Below are positions 54,029 through 62,834 of a stretch of DNA of 64,000 bases, piece after piece (the stretch's first letter is position 1; every line of letters begins with the position of its first letter). The DNA lies in NCBI GenBank assembly GCA_965224025.1, contig OZ245033.1, positions 2,208,001 to 2,272,000 on the forward strand, read 5' to 3'. The notes under the pieces are model-generated. The model was not told the origin of the DNA and ran no database searches. It saw only the letters and a program-made list of their open reading frames with translations. Origin of the DNA: Candidatus Multivorans sp. Lineage in GTDB: Bacteria > Acidobacteriota > Thermoanaerobaculia > Multivoradales > Multivoraceae. The position numbers and the translations under genes were made by a program.

Positions 54029-54487
54029 CTAGGCCGTGAGGTGCTGAATGATGACGTCGACGATGTCGTCCACGTAGTCGCGCCGCAGGCCGAGGAAGGG
54101 GCGAGCGGGGATCGTGGCCTCGATGCCGCGGCCGAACAGGTTGTCGTGCTCGTGGCCGAACTGATGGGTGGCGGCATAGATGAGGTTGGTGCCGGCGACG
54201 GCCGTAGTAGGGGTCGACAGCTCGGTGAGGCTGCGCAGGTAACCGTCGCGCACAAGTGCCAAGGGGGAGTAGCCCTTGCGGGCCTTACGGGCTGCCGTGG
54301 CCGGCGCGAGCGGCGCCCAAGGCGTGCCGTCGGGGGCGGCCTGGCGCTCGAAACTCTCTTCGGCGCTCTCGCGCAGCAGGGAGGCAACGACTGCCATCGC
54401 GGGCGACAAATCCGAGGCGCGCTGCTGGAGGCGAGCGAGCGCCGAGGAGACCGCGTCGTCGTCGACCGTGATGTCGATCTGGGCCAT
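54029..54487 (-). CDS. Phage virion morphogenesis protein (Mu gpG-like)
   Basis: FERQAAPDGTPWAPL, GTNLIYAATHQFG, IPARPFLG. Confidence 0.9.
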   Translation of the reverse strand: MAQIDITVDDDAVSSALARLQQRASDLSPAMAVVASLLRESAEESFERQAAPDGTPWAPLAPATAARKARKGYSPLALVRDGYLRSLTELSTPTTAVAGTNLIYAATHQFGHEHDNLFGRGIEATIPARPFLGLRRDYVDDIVDVIIQHLTA

Positions 54488-54496
54488 TTCCCGGGT

Positions 54497-54874
54497 TCAG
54501 ACAACTTCGCCGCGGGGCATCGAGATCTCGATCGGCTGAGTCGGTCGGATGCCCTGAAGAGACGGAGGAAGCGCTTCCTGGGGCGGCATCGCATCGTAGG
54601 GCCACAGCAGCCGCAGCAGGTCGGGCGCGCTGTGGCTTACGTCCGACAGGACGTACTTCCATCCGGAGTGAACCCAACTGACTTCTCCGGGCGGTTCGCT
54701 AAAGACCCGGATCGCCACCGACAGACCATCTGTGTATGCCGGCGGATTGCCTTGCTGGTACAGGTCGGCCACGGTGTCGCCGAACGGGTTGCTGAGGGTG
54801 CCGGCCACATCGTCCCAGATGACGGTATAGCTGCTGAGGAGGCGGCGCCCCTTGTAGCGGATGCGGTGCTTCAT
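54497..54874 (-). CDS. Hypothetical protein, candidate immunity protein for the MuF C-terminal domain
   Basis: 125 aa, TGATG-coupled to the MuF stop, lies between MuF and gpG; function inferred from position only. Confidence 0.55.
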   Translation of the reverse strand: MKHRIRYKGRRLLSSYTVIWDDVAGTLSNPFGDTVADLYQQGNPPAYTDGLSVAIRVFSEPPGEVSWVHSGWKYVLSDVSHSAPDLLRLLWPYDAMPPQEALPPSLQGIRPTQPIEISMPRGEVV

Positions 54875-56457
54875 CAGGGGTAATCTACCAGCAGTCCGAC
54901 GAAGAACTCGAAGAAGTCGTAGTCCAGCTCGATCATTAGGTCGAGATAGTCCGTGACGTGCCAGAAACCGCCGCCGACGTCTATCCAGATGCGATCCGGG
55001 TCCGCGAGCGTTTCCAGTGCGGTGGTTGCCACCTCCAGCGGCCTCGAGCGGGCACGGGGATCGATCTGGCCGATCACGGCACCAAAGCGCGATGGGTCCA
55101 CGGGCGATGTGGACCCATCGTACGGCCTGTTGGCGTAGTCGTTGTAGCGCAGATCTCGTCCGCGGCGACGATAGAAGGCGTAGAACAGCCCGTCGAGGTC
55201 CGGGTGCATCTCCTGGATGTGGTGCACGAGTTCATGGAGCAGAGTCCTGTCGGTGGCGCCGCCGACCAACTCGATCGTTTTCGTGGCGCCATTGTAGGAG
55301 CCGAGGGCTTCGCGGTCTGCAGGCATAGCCCTTAGCCGCACGCCCGGCCCTAGATTGGCGCGGCGGATCCAGTTGGCCGGCAGGAGCCGCGAGAGCGCGC
55401 GAATTCGGTCAGCGTGCTCTGATTGGCCTAGCCCCGATTGGAGCGTCCGGATCTCAACGCCGGCCCCCTGCTCCTCGATCAACCGCCGCAGAGCCTGTCT
55501 CCGTGCAGTGCCGCGCTCCAGGAGGAGGTCGCGCTCGAGGGCGTTCCGGCGCCTGTTCTGTTCTCGCGGGTCCGGATGCGCAATCTCGCTGCGGCGGTGC
55601 TGGATCTCGGCGTCGCTCGGGCCGACGGCTCTAATGGTGGCGGCCGGTCTCCGCCCGGCAGCGATCGTTTCGTCGATCGGCAAATCAAATGCTCGCAGCA
55701 TCGAATGGACCGTTTTCTCGCTGGCGGCAATGGTTGGCCTCGGCCGGCGGCCGAATCCGGGGTCGGGAATAAGGGTCTCGCCGTTCGGGGCCTGGTAGCC
55801 CCTCGTCCATGTCTGGCGCGCGCCGAAGTCCTGGTCGACGCGGACGAGGCGGCCCTCGCTGCTCTGCACCTGGAGGCCGCGCCGCCGCACCTGGCGTTCC
55901 GTCAGGGCGCGGACCTTGCACCTGCAGTTGAAGCCGTTGGGCGGGTAATGCGTTTGCCAGATCGGGTCGTCGTGCCGGAAGACGAGGCCATCGAGGGCAG
56001 CGTGAGACGGCCGCGTCCGCGAGTCGTCGATCGCGTCGTACTGCCAGTACGGCAGGGACTCGGCGGACCGTTTCTGCTGCTGGTGCCGGGCCGCGGCGTG
56101 GGCGGTCCGCAGGTTCGTGGCGTAGATCGTCCGCAGTCGGCGTGGACTGCCGAGCTCGATCGTCTTTCCGTCCTTCGTGACACGGCCCCACCAACCCTTC
56201 CTGCGCAGCACGGGTTCGAGGCCCCGACTGAATTGACGGAGGGTCTGCCCCTCGGCAAGCGCCCGGTCGACCGCGCCGCGGATGTCTCCGAGGACGTCGA
56301 ACCCGGCCGATTTCGCCACCGTGAAGGCGAGCGCGTGCGCCTCCTCCCACATGTCGCGCCACGACCAGGTGAGCGCGTACCCCTTGTCGCGGAAATAGGC
56401 GATCGCCGCCTCCGGTGCGAGCCCGACGGCGTGGCCGAGGTTGACCTCCTCGGGCAC
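54874..56457 (-). CDS. Phage head morphogenesis protein MuF (SPP1 gp7/Mu gpF) with C-terminal HExxH extension
   Basis: AFTVAKSAG.D.L.DI, RLRTIYATN, YWQYDAIDDSRTRPSH, YPPNGFNCRC; extension with LLHELVHHIQE and distal LEVAT. Confidence 0.9.
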   Translation of the reverse strand: MPEEVNLGHAVGLAPEAAIAYFRDKGYALTWSWRDMWEEAHALAFTVAKSAGFDVLGDIRGAVDRALAEGQTLRQFSRGLEPVLRRKGWWGRVTKDGKTIELGSPRRLRTIYATNLRTAHAAARHQQQKRSAESLPYWQYDAIDDSRTRPSHAALDGLVFRHDDPIWQTHYPPNGFNCRCKVRALTERQVRRRGLQVQSSEGRLVRVDQDFGARQTWTRGYQAPNGETLIPDPGFGRRPRPTIAASEKTVHSMLRAFDLPIDETIAAGRRPAATIRAVGPSDAEIQHRRSEIAHPDPREQNRRRNALERDLLLERGTARRQALRRLIEEQGAGVEIRTLQSGLGQSEHADRIRALSRLLPANWIRRANLGPGVRLRAMPADREALGSYNGATKTIELVGGATDRTLLHELVHHIQEMHPDLDGLFYAFYRRRGRDLRYNDYANRPYDGSTSPVDPSRFGAVIGQIDPRARSRPLEVATTALETLADPDRIWIDVGGGFWHVTDYLDLMIELDYDFFEFFVGLLVDYP

Positions 56458-56458
56458 G

Positions 56459-57478
56459 TCAGGCGGCGATCGGCAGCCCGCGGTCCAGGGCCGCCCGGAC
56501 CGCCCGGCCGCCGGGGCCGGCACGGTACACGGCGGACAAGTCCAGCAGATCGACAGCGGACTGGTGGATCGCCTCGCCGAGCACGGCCTCGTCGCCCGGC
56601 GTGCGCTGGTGGCGGCCGAGCAGGCGGTACGGTGCCGACATTGAGTCGCCGGCCCGGCAGTCCCAGACAGGCCGGAGAGGGCGGGTGAGCGCGGCCAAAT
56701 CGAGCCCGGCCGCTCGAGCGCGGCGCCACATCCAGGTCAGCGCCCGATCGGAGAGTCCCGTGTCGGCGCGGCCGCCACCGACGTCGCCGTGCACGCCCGG
56801 GAACCAGACCTGCTCCACGACCTGGTCGGCCTGCTCGCCAGCCCACAGACTGGGGGCGAACGGCCGGCGCTGCTCGTCAATCGCGACCGCGTGACAGGCG
56901 TGACGGATGTGGGCGCCGAGGCCGACGTCATGCCAGCGCCAACGCCGGGCGCCGACCCACCGCAGGCCGTCAATCGGCACGCCCAGGGAGCCCACCGTGT
57001 CCCAGACGCCCAGGAAGCGCACGCGGGCCCGCACGGGGCTCACCCTGGCCTCCCACTCTGCGACCTCCTCCGCGCGGCGCCGGCGATAGACGCCCATTGC
57101 TGCCCGGGCAAGCGCGTAGGCCGAGTCCCGCTGCGGCGGAATGCCCAGAAGACCGACCATGCCGGCGAGGCTGCGAGCAGTGTAGGCTCCGCGGCTGTAG
57201 CCGAACAGATAGAGATCGAGTCCAGCGCAGTAGTGCTTGATCAGCCAGTGGTACGCCTCCTCGACGTTGCGGGCCAGCCCGAGGCCGACGACGCCGCCGC
57301 GGAGACGATCGAACCGGCCGGTGCCCACGCCCTCGTCGTAGTAGACGTGCGCCGGCACGAACCGCTCGGCCGCGGCCGCAGCCGAACGGGTCATGGCCAC
57401 GTTGGTGGGGTGTGGCGCGTCGGCCCTGTTCCAGGTGCCGTCGAAGCACATCACGAGATTCACCGACGGGACGCTCAT
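56459..57478 (-). CDS. DUF2235 alpha/beta hydrolase (Tle1-like phospholipase family)
   Basis: CFDGTWN, TNV, YYDEGVGT, GYSRGA, GVWDTV, AIDEQR, WFPGVHGDVGGG. Confidence 0.9.
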   Translation of the reverse strand: MSVPSVNLVMCFDGTWNRADAPHPTNVAMTRSAAAAAERFVPAHVYYDEGVGTGRFDRLRGGVVGLGLARNVEEAYHWLIKHYCAGLDLYLFGYSRGAYTARSLAGMVGLLGIPPQRDSAYALARAAMGVYRRRRAEEVAEWEARVSPVRARVRFLGVWDTVGSLGVPIDGLRWVGARRWRWHDVGLGAHIRHACHAVAIDEQRRPFAPSLWAGEQADQVVEQVWFPGVHGDVGGGRADTGLSDRALTWMWRRARAAGLDLAALTRPLRPVWDCRAGDSMSAPYRLLGRHQRTPGDEAVLGEAIHQSAVDLLDLSAVYRAGPGGRAVRAALDRGLPIAA

Positions 57479-58575
57479 GGTCGGCTCGCTTGGTGGTGGA
57501 CGCCGCCAGCGTCGATCCGCAAGTCGGCGGTCGTTTCATCGAGCCACGGGATCCAAGATCTGCGGCCGCTGTCTCCGTCTACGGCCTCGCACCCGCGGGC
57601 GTCCCACTGGATCCGCGGCGCCCTCGACACTGACCGAAGAGGCGACACGGCCTGGATTGAGATTCCCCGCGAATCGAGCCGTGCCGCGGTCACCGCGCCC
57701 TTCTGCCAGCTCGTGGCCCTGTCGAGCGCCGCGAGGACGAGCCTTCCGCGCCGCTGGATGCGGACTCGCAGGTCGCCCCAGGTGCAGATATGCGACGACA
57801 CGAGCCGCGTCGCGCACCGGCGGACGGCATGCGCCTCGCCGCGGACGACTCGACACAGCCTCTCCTGGACCGGCGAGCTCAAGGGCTGTCCGCTCAGCGC
57901 CAGGACCGTCGCCAGTTGCCGGCCGGAGATCGGCCGATCGTGGGCGGCGGGATCCGTCGGCATCGGGTGCCGGCGCTCCTGCCGCCGGGCCTTGGCGGCC
58001 GCGTGGCGGCGGGCGCCCGGCCATCCGATCAGCAGGCCGAGGAGATCGGTCGCGCCGCTGCTGAGAGCGACCCACCGACTGGCCCTCATCCCAACCGGAC
58101 AGAGGTGCAGGTTGCGGACGCGGGCACGGACCGGCTCGCCGCCGTACTCTCCCGTCCGGACGCCCGGTCTGGACGGCACCGCCAGCATCGCCAGCAAGTC
58201 GCACCAATCGCGGACGGCACGGGACAGAGCCACCCGATCGGCGCCCCGCTCGGCGAGCGCCGCGCCGACAACCAGCGCCGCCAGCACCCGGGCGGTGTAG
58301 GTGGGGCTGTTCCACTCACGGAGCTGCCAGCCCTCGCGCTCGTAGCGGCGGACCCACTCCACCAAGGCCTCCCAGTCACCGAGGCCGGCCAGCAGCACAG
58401 GGCGGAAGTTCATGCTGGTGTCGCGGTCCGTCGTCCGGAGGAGCAGGCCGTCGCGCCGGCGCTGGCCGCGGCGGCGGTCCGAGGCGAACGCCTCGGCCAG
58501 GTCTGGGCGGCCGTTCGCGCGCCAGTAGAGCGCGATATCGCCCAGGTCACGAGGGCCGACCTTAGTCGCCGGCAT
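57475..58575 (-). CDS. Hypothetical protein (366 aa)
   Basis: Fills the gap between portal and DUF2235; ATGA overlap with DUF2235; no recognisable motif. Confidence 0.6.
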   Translation of the reverse strand: MPATKVGPRDLGDIALYWRANGRPDLAEAFASDRRRGQRRRDGLLLRTTDRDTSMNFRPVLLAGLGDWEALVEWVRRYEREGWQLREWNSPTYTARVLAALVVGAALAERGADRVALSRAVRDWCDLLAMLAVPSRPGVRTGEYGGEPVRARVRNLHLCPVGMRASRWVALSSGATDLLGLLIGWPGARRHAAAKARRQERRHPMPTDPAAHDRPISGRQLATVLALSGQPLSSPVQERLCRVVRGEAHAVRRCATRLVSSHICTWGDLRVRIQRRGRLVLAALDRATSWQKGAVTAARLDSRGISIQAVSPLRSVSRAPRIQWDARGCEAVDGDSGRRSWIPWLDETTADLRIDAGGVHHQASRP

Positions 58576-58639
58576 CGGAATCCTCCGGCAGGCCGTGGAT
58601 CGCCACGGCCGCGTTCGCCATCATCTGCGCCTGTTGCAT
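58562..58639 (-). other. 25-codon ORF coupled to the portal stop (possible remnant)
   Basis: TGATG overlap; MQQAQMMANAAVAIHGLPEDSDAGD; overlaps next start. Confidence 0.3.
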
Positions 58640-60189
58640 CAGCGTGATGCCTCCTCGGCCTCCAGCCGGCCCCACACCTGGGCCACGAACAGCACTCGCG
58701 CCAGGCGCTCGGCCAGCTCGCCGACGTCCATCTCCGGCCACACCGAGGCGAGGTCCGAGAGCAGCGCCTCGGGGTCCTCCTGCGCCCGGCGCAGGACAGG
58801 CTCGATCATCGGGGCCGCCATCTCGTCCCAGGCGTCGGCGTCGATCGCCGCCATCACCTGCTCGATCCGGTCGAGCTGCCGCTCCGCCAGGTCCACTTGC
58901 GTGATGTGGCGCGACGGCCGTTGTCGCGCGCTGCCGCGCCGCGACGCAAAGGGACGGTCGGCCCACGCCATCTCGGCGTCGGCGGCGCCGGCCCCGGGAG
59001 ACGTCGGCGGCGCCGGCCGCTCCTCGCCGAGCTCCACGCCGTACGTCTCCTCGACGTAGGCGTCCGACAGGCGCCGCCCGCTGATATCGACGATCAGCTT
59101 GTCCCTTTCCGCCTGCACGAGGAGGTCCGGGTCCTCCTCCTGCACGCGGCGCAGGATCGGCACGGCCGCCCCGGGCCAGTTCCAGTCGACGATCCACCGC
59201 GCGACCTGACTCCGGAACGAGTCGTGGATCAGCCAGGCGTCCGCGGACACGATCTCCTGGCGGACGTCCATGTGGATCTCCGCTTGGGAGCGCGACGAAC
59301 CGTCCTCGGACGTCATTGTCTCCGAGAGCACCACCTGGGTGATCGCGTCGTTCATCCTGCCGTAGAAGGACTCGTAGTCCATCGTGCCGCCGGAGCGCTC
59401 CAGGAGCTCGATCGTCGTCGAGTCCGGGACCACGACGCCGGAGTCCGTGTGCAGCGCCTTCACGGCCTCGAGCAGCTTCGCCTTGTCCGCTTCGCTCGCG
59501 GTGGGCAGGTACCTTCCGACGCCCGTTGGCTGGCCAAACTTCTCCAGCGCCACCAGCCAGAACTCGGTCTGGTGGCGCTTGAACCAGACCGGCCAGTACA
59601 GCGCGTGCCCGAGGCCGCGGCCGTACGGCTCGTCCACGTGATCCGCGCCCGTTGATGTGGTCCAGAACTTCCGGTCCGGCAGGGGCTTGCCCGCGGCGTC
59701 CTTCACCGTGCGCAGCAGCAGCCGCCACCGCGTCGCTCGGCCGCCGTCCTCGGCGCGCCAGGCGAAGCGCCGCCGGTCGCGGGGGAGGATCGCTTCCGGC
59801 ACGACGTGACGGCCGTCGCGCATCCACATGACTTCCGCGACGCCCCATCCATAGAGGGTGGCGTACAGCATCTGGTCCGTGATTGCGTCCCACGGCGACC
59901 CCCCGAGGACCTCCTCGAGCTGCTCGGCCGCCATCTTGTCCCGGCGCGTCTTGCCGCCCGGCAGCACTTGCGTCTCGCGGGCGACCAGCGCCGCACGGCG
60001 CTGCTGGTGCGTCGACCAGACCTTGTCGTCGCGGAGCAGATCCTCGTACAAAATATGGTCCGACCGGCCGCGCTCCCGGAGCACACGGTCCTGCGGCGCC
60101 AGCCACCACAGACCGTCCACCCAGCCGCGGGTGATGTCGCGGCCGCTGGTGACGCGGGCGATCTCGCCCTGGGGCGCCCTGGCCACCAT
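58639..60189 (-). CDS. Mu-like portal protein (DUF935/gp29)
   Basis: YEDLLRDD.V, YGWGVAEVMW, PYGRGL...YWPVWFK, EKFGQP, VLSETMTS, SRSQAEIH. Confidence 0.9.
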   Translation of the reverse strand: MVARAPQGEIARVTSGRDITRGWVDGLWWLAPQDRVLRERGRSDHILYEDLLRDDKVWSTHQQRRAALVARETQVLPGGKTRRDKMAAEQLEEVLGGSPWDAITDQMLYATLYGWGVAEVMWMRDGRHVVPEAILPRDRRRFAWRAEDGGRATRWRLLLRTVKDAAGKPLPDRKFWTTSTGADHVDEPYGRGLGHALYWPVWFKRHQTEFWLVALEKFGQPTGVGRYLPTASEADKAKLLEAVKALHTDSGVVVPDSTTIELLERSGGTMDYESFYGRMNDAITQVVLSETMTSEDGSSRSQAEIHMDVRQEIVSADAWLIHDSFRSQVARWIVDWNWPGAAVPILRRVQEEDPDLLVQAERDKLIVDISGRRLSDAYVEETYGVELGEERPAPPTSPGAGAADAEMAWADRPFASRRGSARQRPSRHITQVDLAERQLDRIEQVMAAIDADAWDEMAAPMIEPVLRRAQEDPEALLSDLASVWPEMDVGELAERLARVLFVAQVWGRLEAEEASR

Positions 60190-60395
60190 CAGGACACCCA
60201 CCCGGCCAGGCCGTCTGCGGCGCCGCGCTGACCGCCGGTGATGAACGACCGGCGCCAGTCCTCGCCCGTGCTGACGCGCCCGCCGGCCGAGTCGGCCGTC
60301 GGCGGCCCGACCGCCTGGTCGGCCGCCTGGCAGCCGAGCGCCAGTGCGACCGCGCTGTCCCCGTGGCGGTCCTTGCCGGCGCCGGGCAGGCGCCG
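60189..60395 (-). pseudogene. C-terminal remnant of a Mu-like terminase large subunit (5' limit approximate)
   Basis: RHGDSAVALALG motif; stop overlaps portal ATG (TGATG), matching terminase-portal order. Confidence 0.6.
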
Positions 60396-60482
60396 ACATC
60401 TTTGCCCAACAGCAGCCCGTTGGCCGTGCCTACGCGGCTGCGCAGGGTTTCTCACACGAGATCGGAGGCCATTTCTCGCGCG

Positions 60483-62560
60483 CCTCTACAGAGATGCCGT
60501 CGTACCGGAAGTCCAGCACGGCCTCGCGGCCTTCCGGCACCGTGACGGACCGAGCATCCTGCCTCCCGCCCGAGAGTGGCGCCCAGATGACTTCCCACTC
60601 GCCGGGGAGCACCGACTTCAGGCGGTAGCGGCCCTCGCCGTCCAGTGTCGCCTTGAGTTCCAGCCTCTGCGTGGACACCAGCTCTTCGGTTCTGGCGAGC
60701 GGACCCGACCCGTACGTGATGCCTCCCTCCGGCAACTGCGTGTCCGCCGCTCGGCGCCATACCAGCAGGCCGTCTCCCGGCTGACCGCCCCTGGTCACCG
60801 ATCCCGTGACCCTTGCGGCGCTGCGGTTGCAGGTGACGACCTCGTCGCCCGCGGCATCCTCTTCGACCTCTTCGCGCACCGGGTCGCCGCCCTCGTACAC
60901 CAGGACGCCGAACGGTTCCTCCGGTACGGCGGTGAAGGAGGCTTTTCCTTCCACCAGGTTCGCTGTGAACCGGTCCTGCGGCGGACCCGTTCTTCCTGAA
61001 TCGAGCACGACCGTCCCTTCGTCGATGTGCGAACGGACCGTAACGCGGCGGCCGCGCGAGAGTTCGACCACGCCGACATCGATTCCCTGGATCGTTGGCG
61101 CCTCCACCTCCAGCTTCCGGGGAGCGAACCCGTCGGCCTGTACCCTGAGCGTCGGCCTTCCCAGCTCAAGGCCGAAGATCTCGAAGTAGCCTTCGGCGTT
61201 CGTTTTAACCGTGGCGACATGGCCCACCACCGACGCCAACAGCGGCCCGAACTCCGAGGGTCGCGTGTAGGAGACGGAGGCTCGCGCCACGGGGCGTAGT
61301 CGTCCTCGTCGAGCACATACTCCCAGACCCATGGGGAGGGCGGCGCCGAGACGACGCCGAGGTTGCGCACCTCTCCCGCCGCGCCTTGTACGTGAAGACG
61401 CAGGAACCCCGTGTTCCCTGCCGTCAACTCCAGGTCGTACGCCCCCGCGGGCAGGTCGAGGGAGAACGCTCCGTCGGCCTCGATGCCAGCGTGCATGCCA
61501 CTCCCATTCGTCTGACTCATTGCATTCACTCGTCCACCCGCCGCGGGAGTGAGGCCGTCCGCCGCGACGAACACACCCTCCACGGAGAAGGCCGGTTCCA
61601 GTTCGACAACCTGTGGTTCCTCGGCGGTCGGTCCGGCCCGCCTGGGCAACTCGAGCTGCATGCGGAGGTAGCCCGTGGCCGAGACGACGATGCCGCGGCC
61701 GAAACCAAGCGACAACCGAATCAGTCCATCTTCGTTGACCTCGGTCCAGCGACCGCCCGCATCCCGAATCCTGGCGCTGGGGATGGCGGCACCGTCCCTC
61801 GAATCGACCACTCGGACCCAGGCGACCTCGGGAGCACGCAAGACGACGGCGCCCGGATCCACGGACCCTTCGAGATCGAGGGTCCGCGAGTAGACCAGGT
61901 CCCCTGCTTCCTCGGTCTGCAGCGAGGCAGGGCCAGCGAAGAAACCACGGATCTCGAAGCGACCATCCGGACCCGTTCGGCCGCGGTGCCGCTGCATCAG
62001 GCCGAAGCCGCTCGGGATGAAGGAGAGGCCTCTGAGCCGTACTCCTCCAACCGGTGCTCCCGCCTCGTCCACGGCCTGGCCGCTCACCGCGAGGCCAGGA
62101 CCGAGTTCGATCGTCGTCGGAGCTTCCCTGAGCCTCGGGAAAGGCGCCGCGGACCGGGAGTCGTGCGAGACGATCACCGCCGAAGGCTCCGTGGTCGGCA
62201 GAGTGAGTGCCACGATGCCCTCGTCGTCCGAAACCTCGAAGCCGAGCAGCTCCGTCGGATACGGGTGTCTCGGCCTGAACAGATTGAAGCGAGAGCCGCC
62301 CAGAGGCGCGCCGTCCGCGGTCACCGCGAACCGGAAGTCGGTCGCCGGCAGCATTGCCAGTTCCACCGAAGCCTGATCGGGGGCGGCGTTCTGCCACGCC
62401 GATGCATGGTCGCCGGCCTGAGCTTGCAGCCGCCAGTCGTCGTCGTGGCGAGGAAGGGACAGAACGGGGGATTCCGTCGTCGTCGTCGTCGGCAGGAGGC
62501 GGCGGGCAACCTCTCGCCACATCTCGGCCGGCGCGGCGGTCACCTGGAACTGACGAGGGG
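60483..62560 (-). pseudogene. 5' part of the split carboxypeptidase-regulatory-like repeat gene (frameshift near G4 61291-61294; start missing)
   Basis: Repeated G.V.D..G.P / TGPDGRFEI / TNAEGYFEI / LDGEGRYRL units across ORFs 60795-62678 and 60430-62520. Confidence 0.7.
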
Positions 62561-62579
62561 CCTCGTCGGATGAGGCGGA

Positions 62580-62815
62580 CCGCGAGGGTTCGAAGATCCG
62601 GCTCGTTCTTCGCCTATCTGCCACGAGTAGATCCCGTTGCCGCCTACTCCGAGCAGCAAAGCGCCGTCCTCCCGCCATCGCACGTCGCTGGCGGCGGCGA
62701 CCTCCTCCGGAAGATCGAAGGTCGCCAGCAGCTCAAGACTCGGACCATCGGCTTCGGCGGCAAGCACGACGGAGCCTGCCGCCGCCAGAGCGACGACGAC
62801 TAGACTCGACGGCTG
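62580..62815 (-). pseudogene. Fragment of another secreted protein lacking a start codon
   Basis: Hydrophobic SSLVVVALAAAGSVVLA then ASDVRWREDGALLLG; frame ends at 62540. Confidence 0.35.
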
Positions 62816-62834
62816 CAGACCCTGGACGAGGTCC

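Larger units (their letters stand above)
53892..60482 (-). mobile_element. 6.6-kb inverted-repeat-bounded element carrying a Mu-like phage head module (defective prophage or non-autonomous element)
   Basis: CCTC on both flanks (53888-53891, 60483-60486); 25-bp IR 53926-53950 / 60439-60463 (23/25); interrupts a host ORF; phage gene content. Confidence 0.85.

Noticed and set aside
53892-60482. Complete Mu-like prophage
   Set aside because: No transposase, repressor, capsid, tail or lysis genes; ends are not TG...CA with a 5-bp TSD
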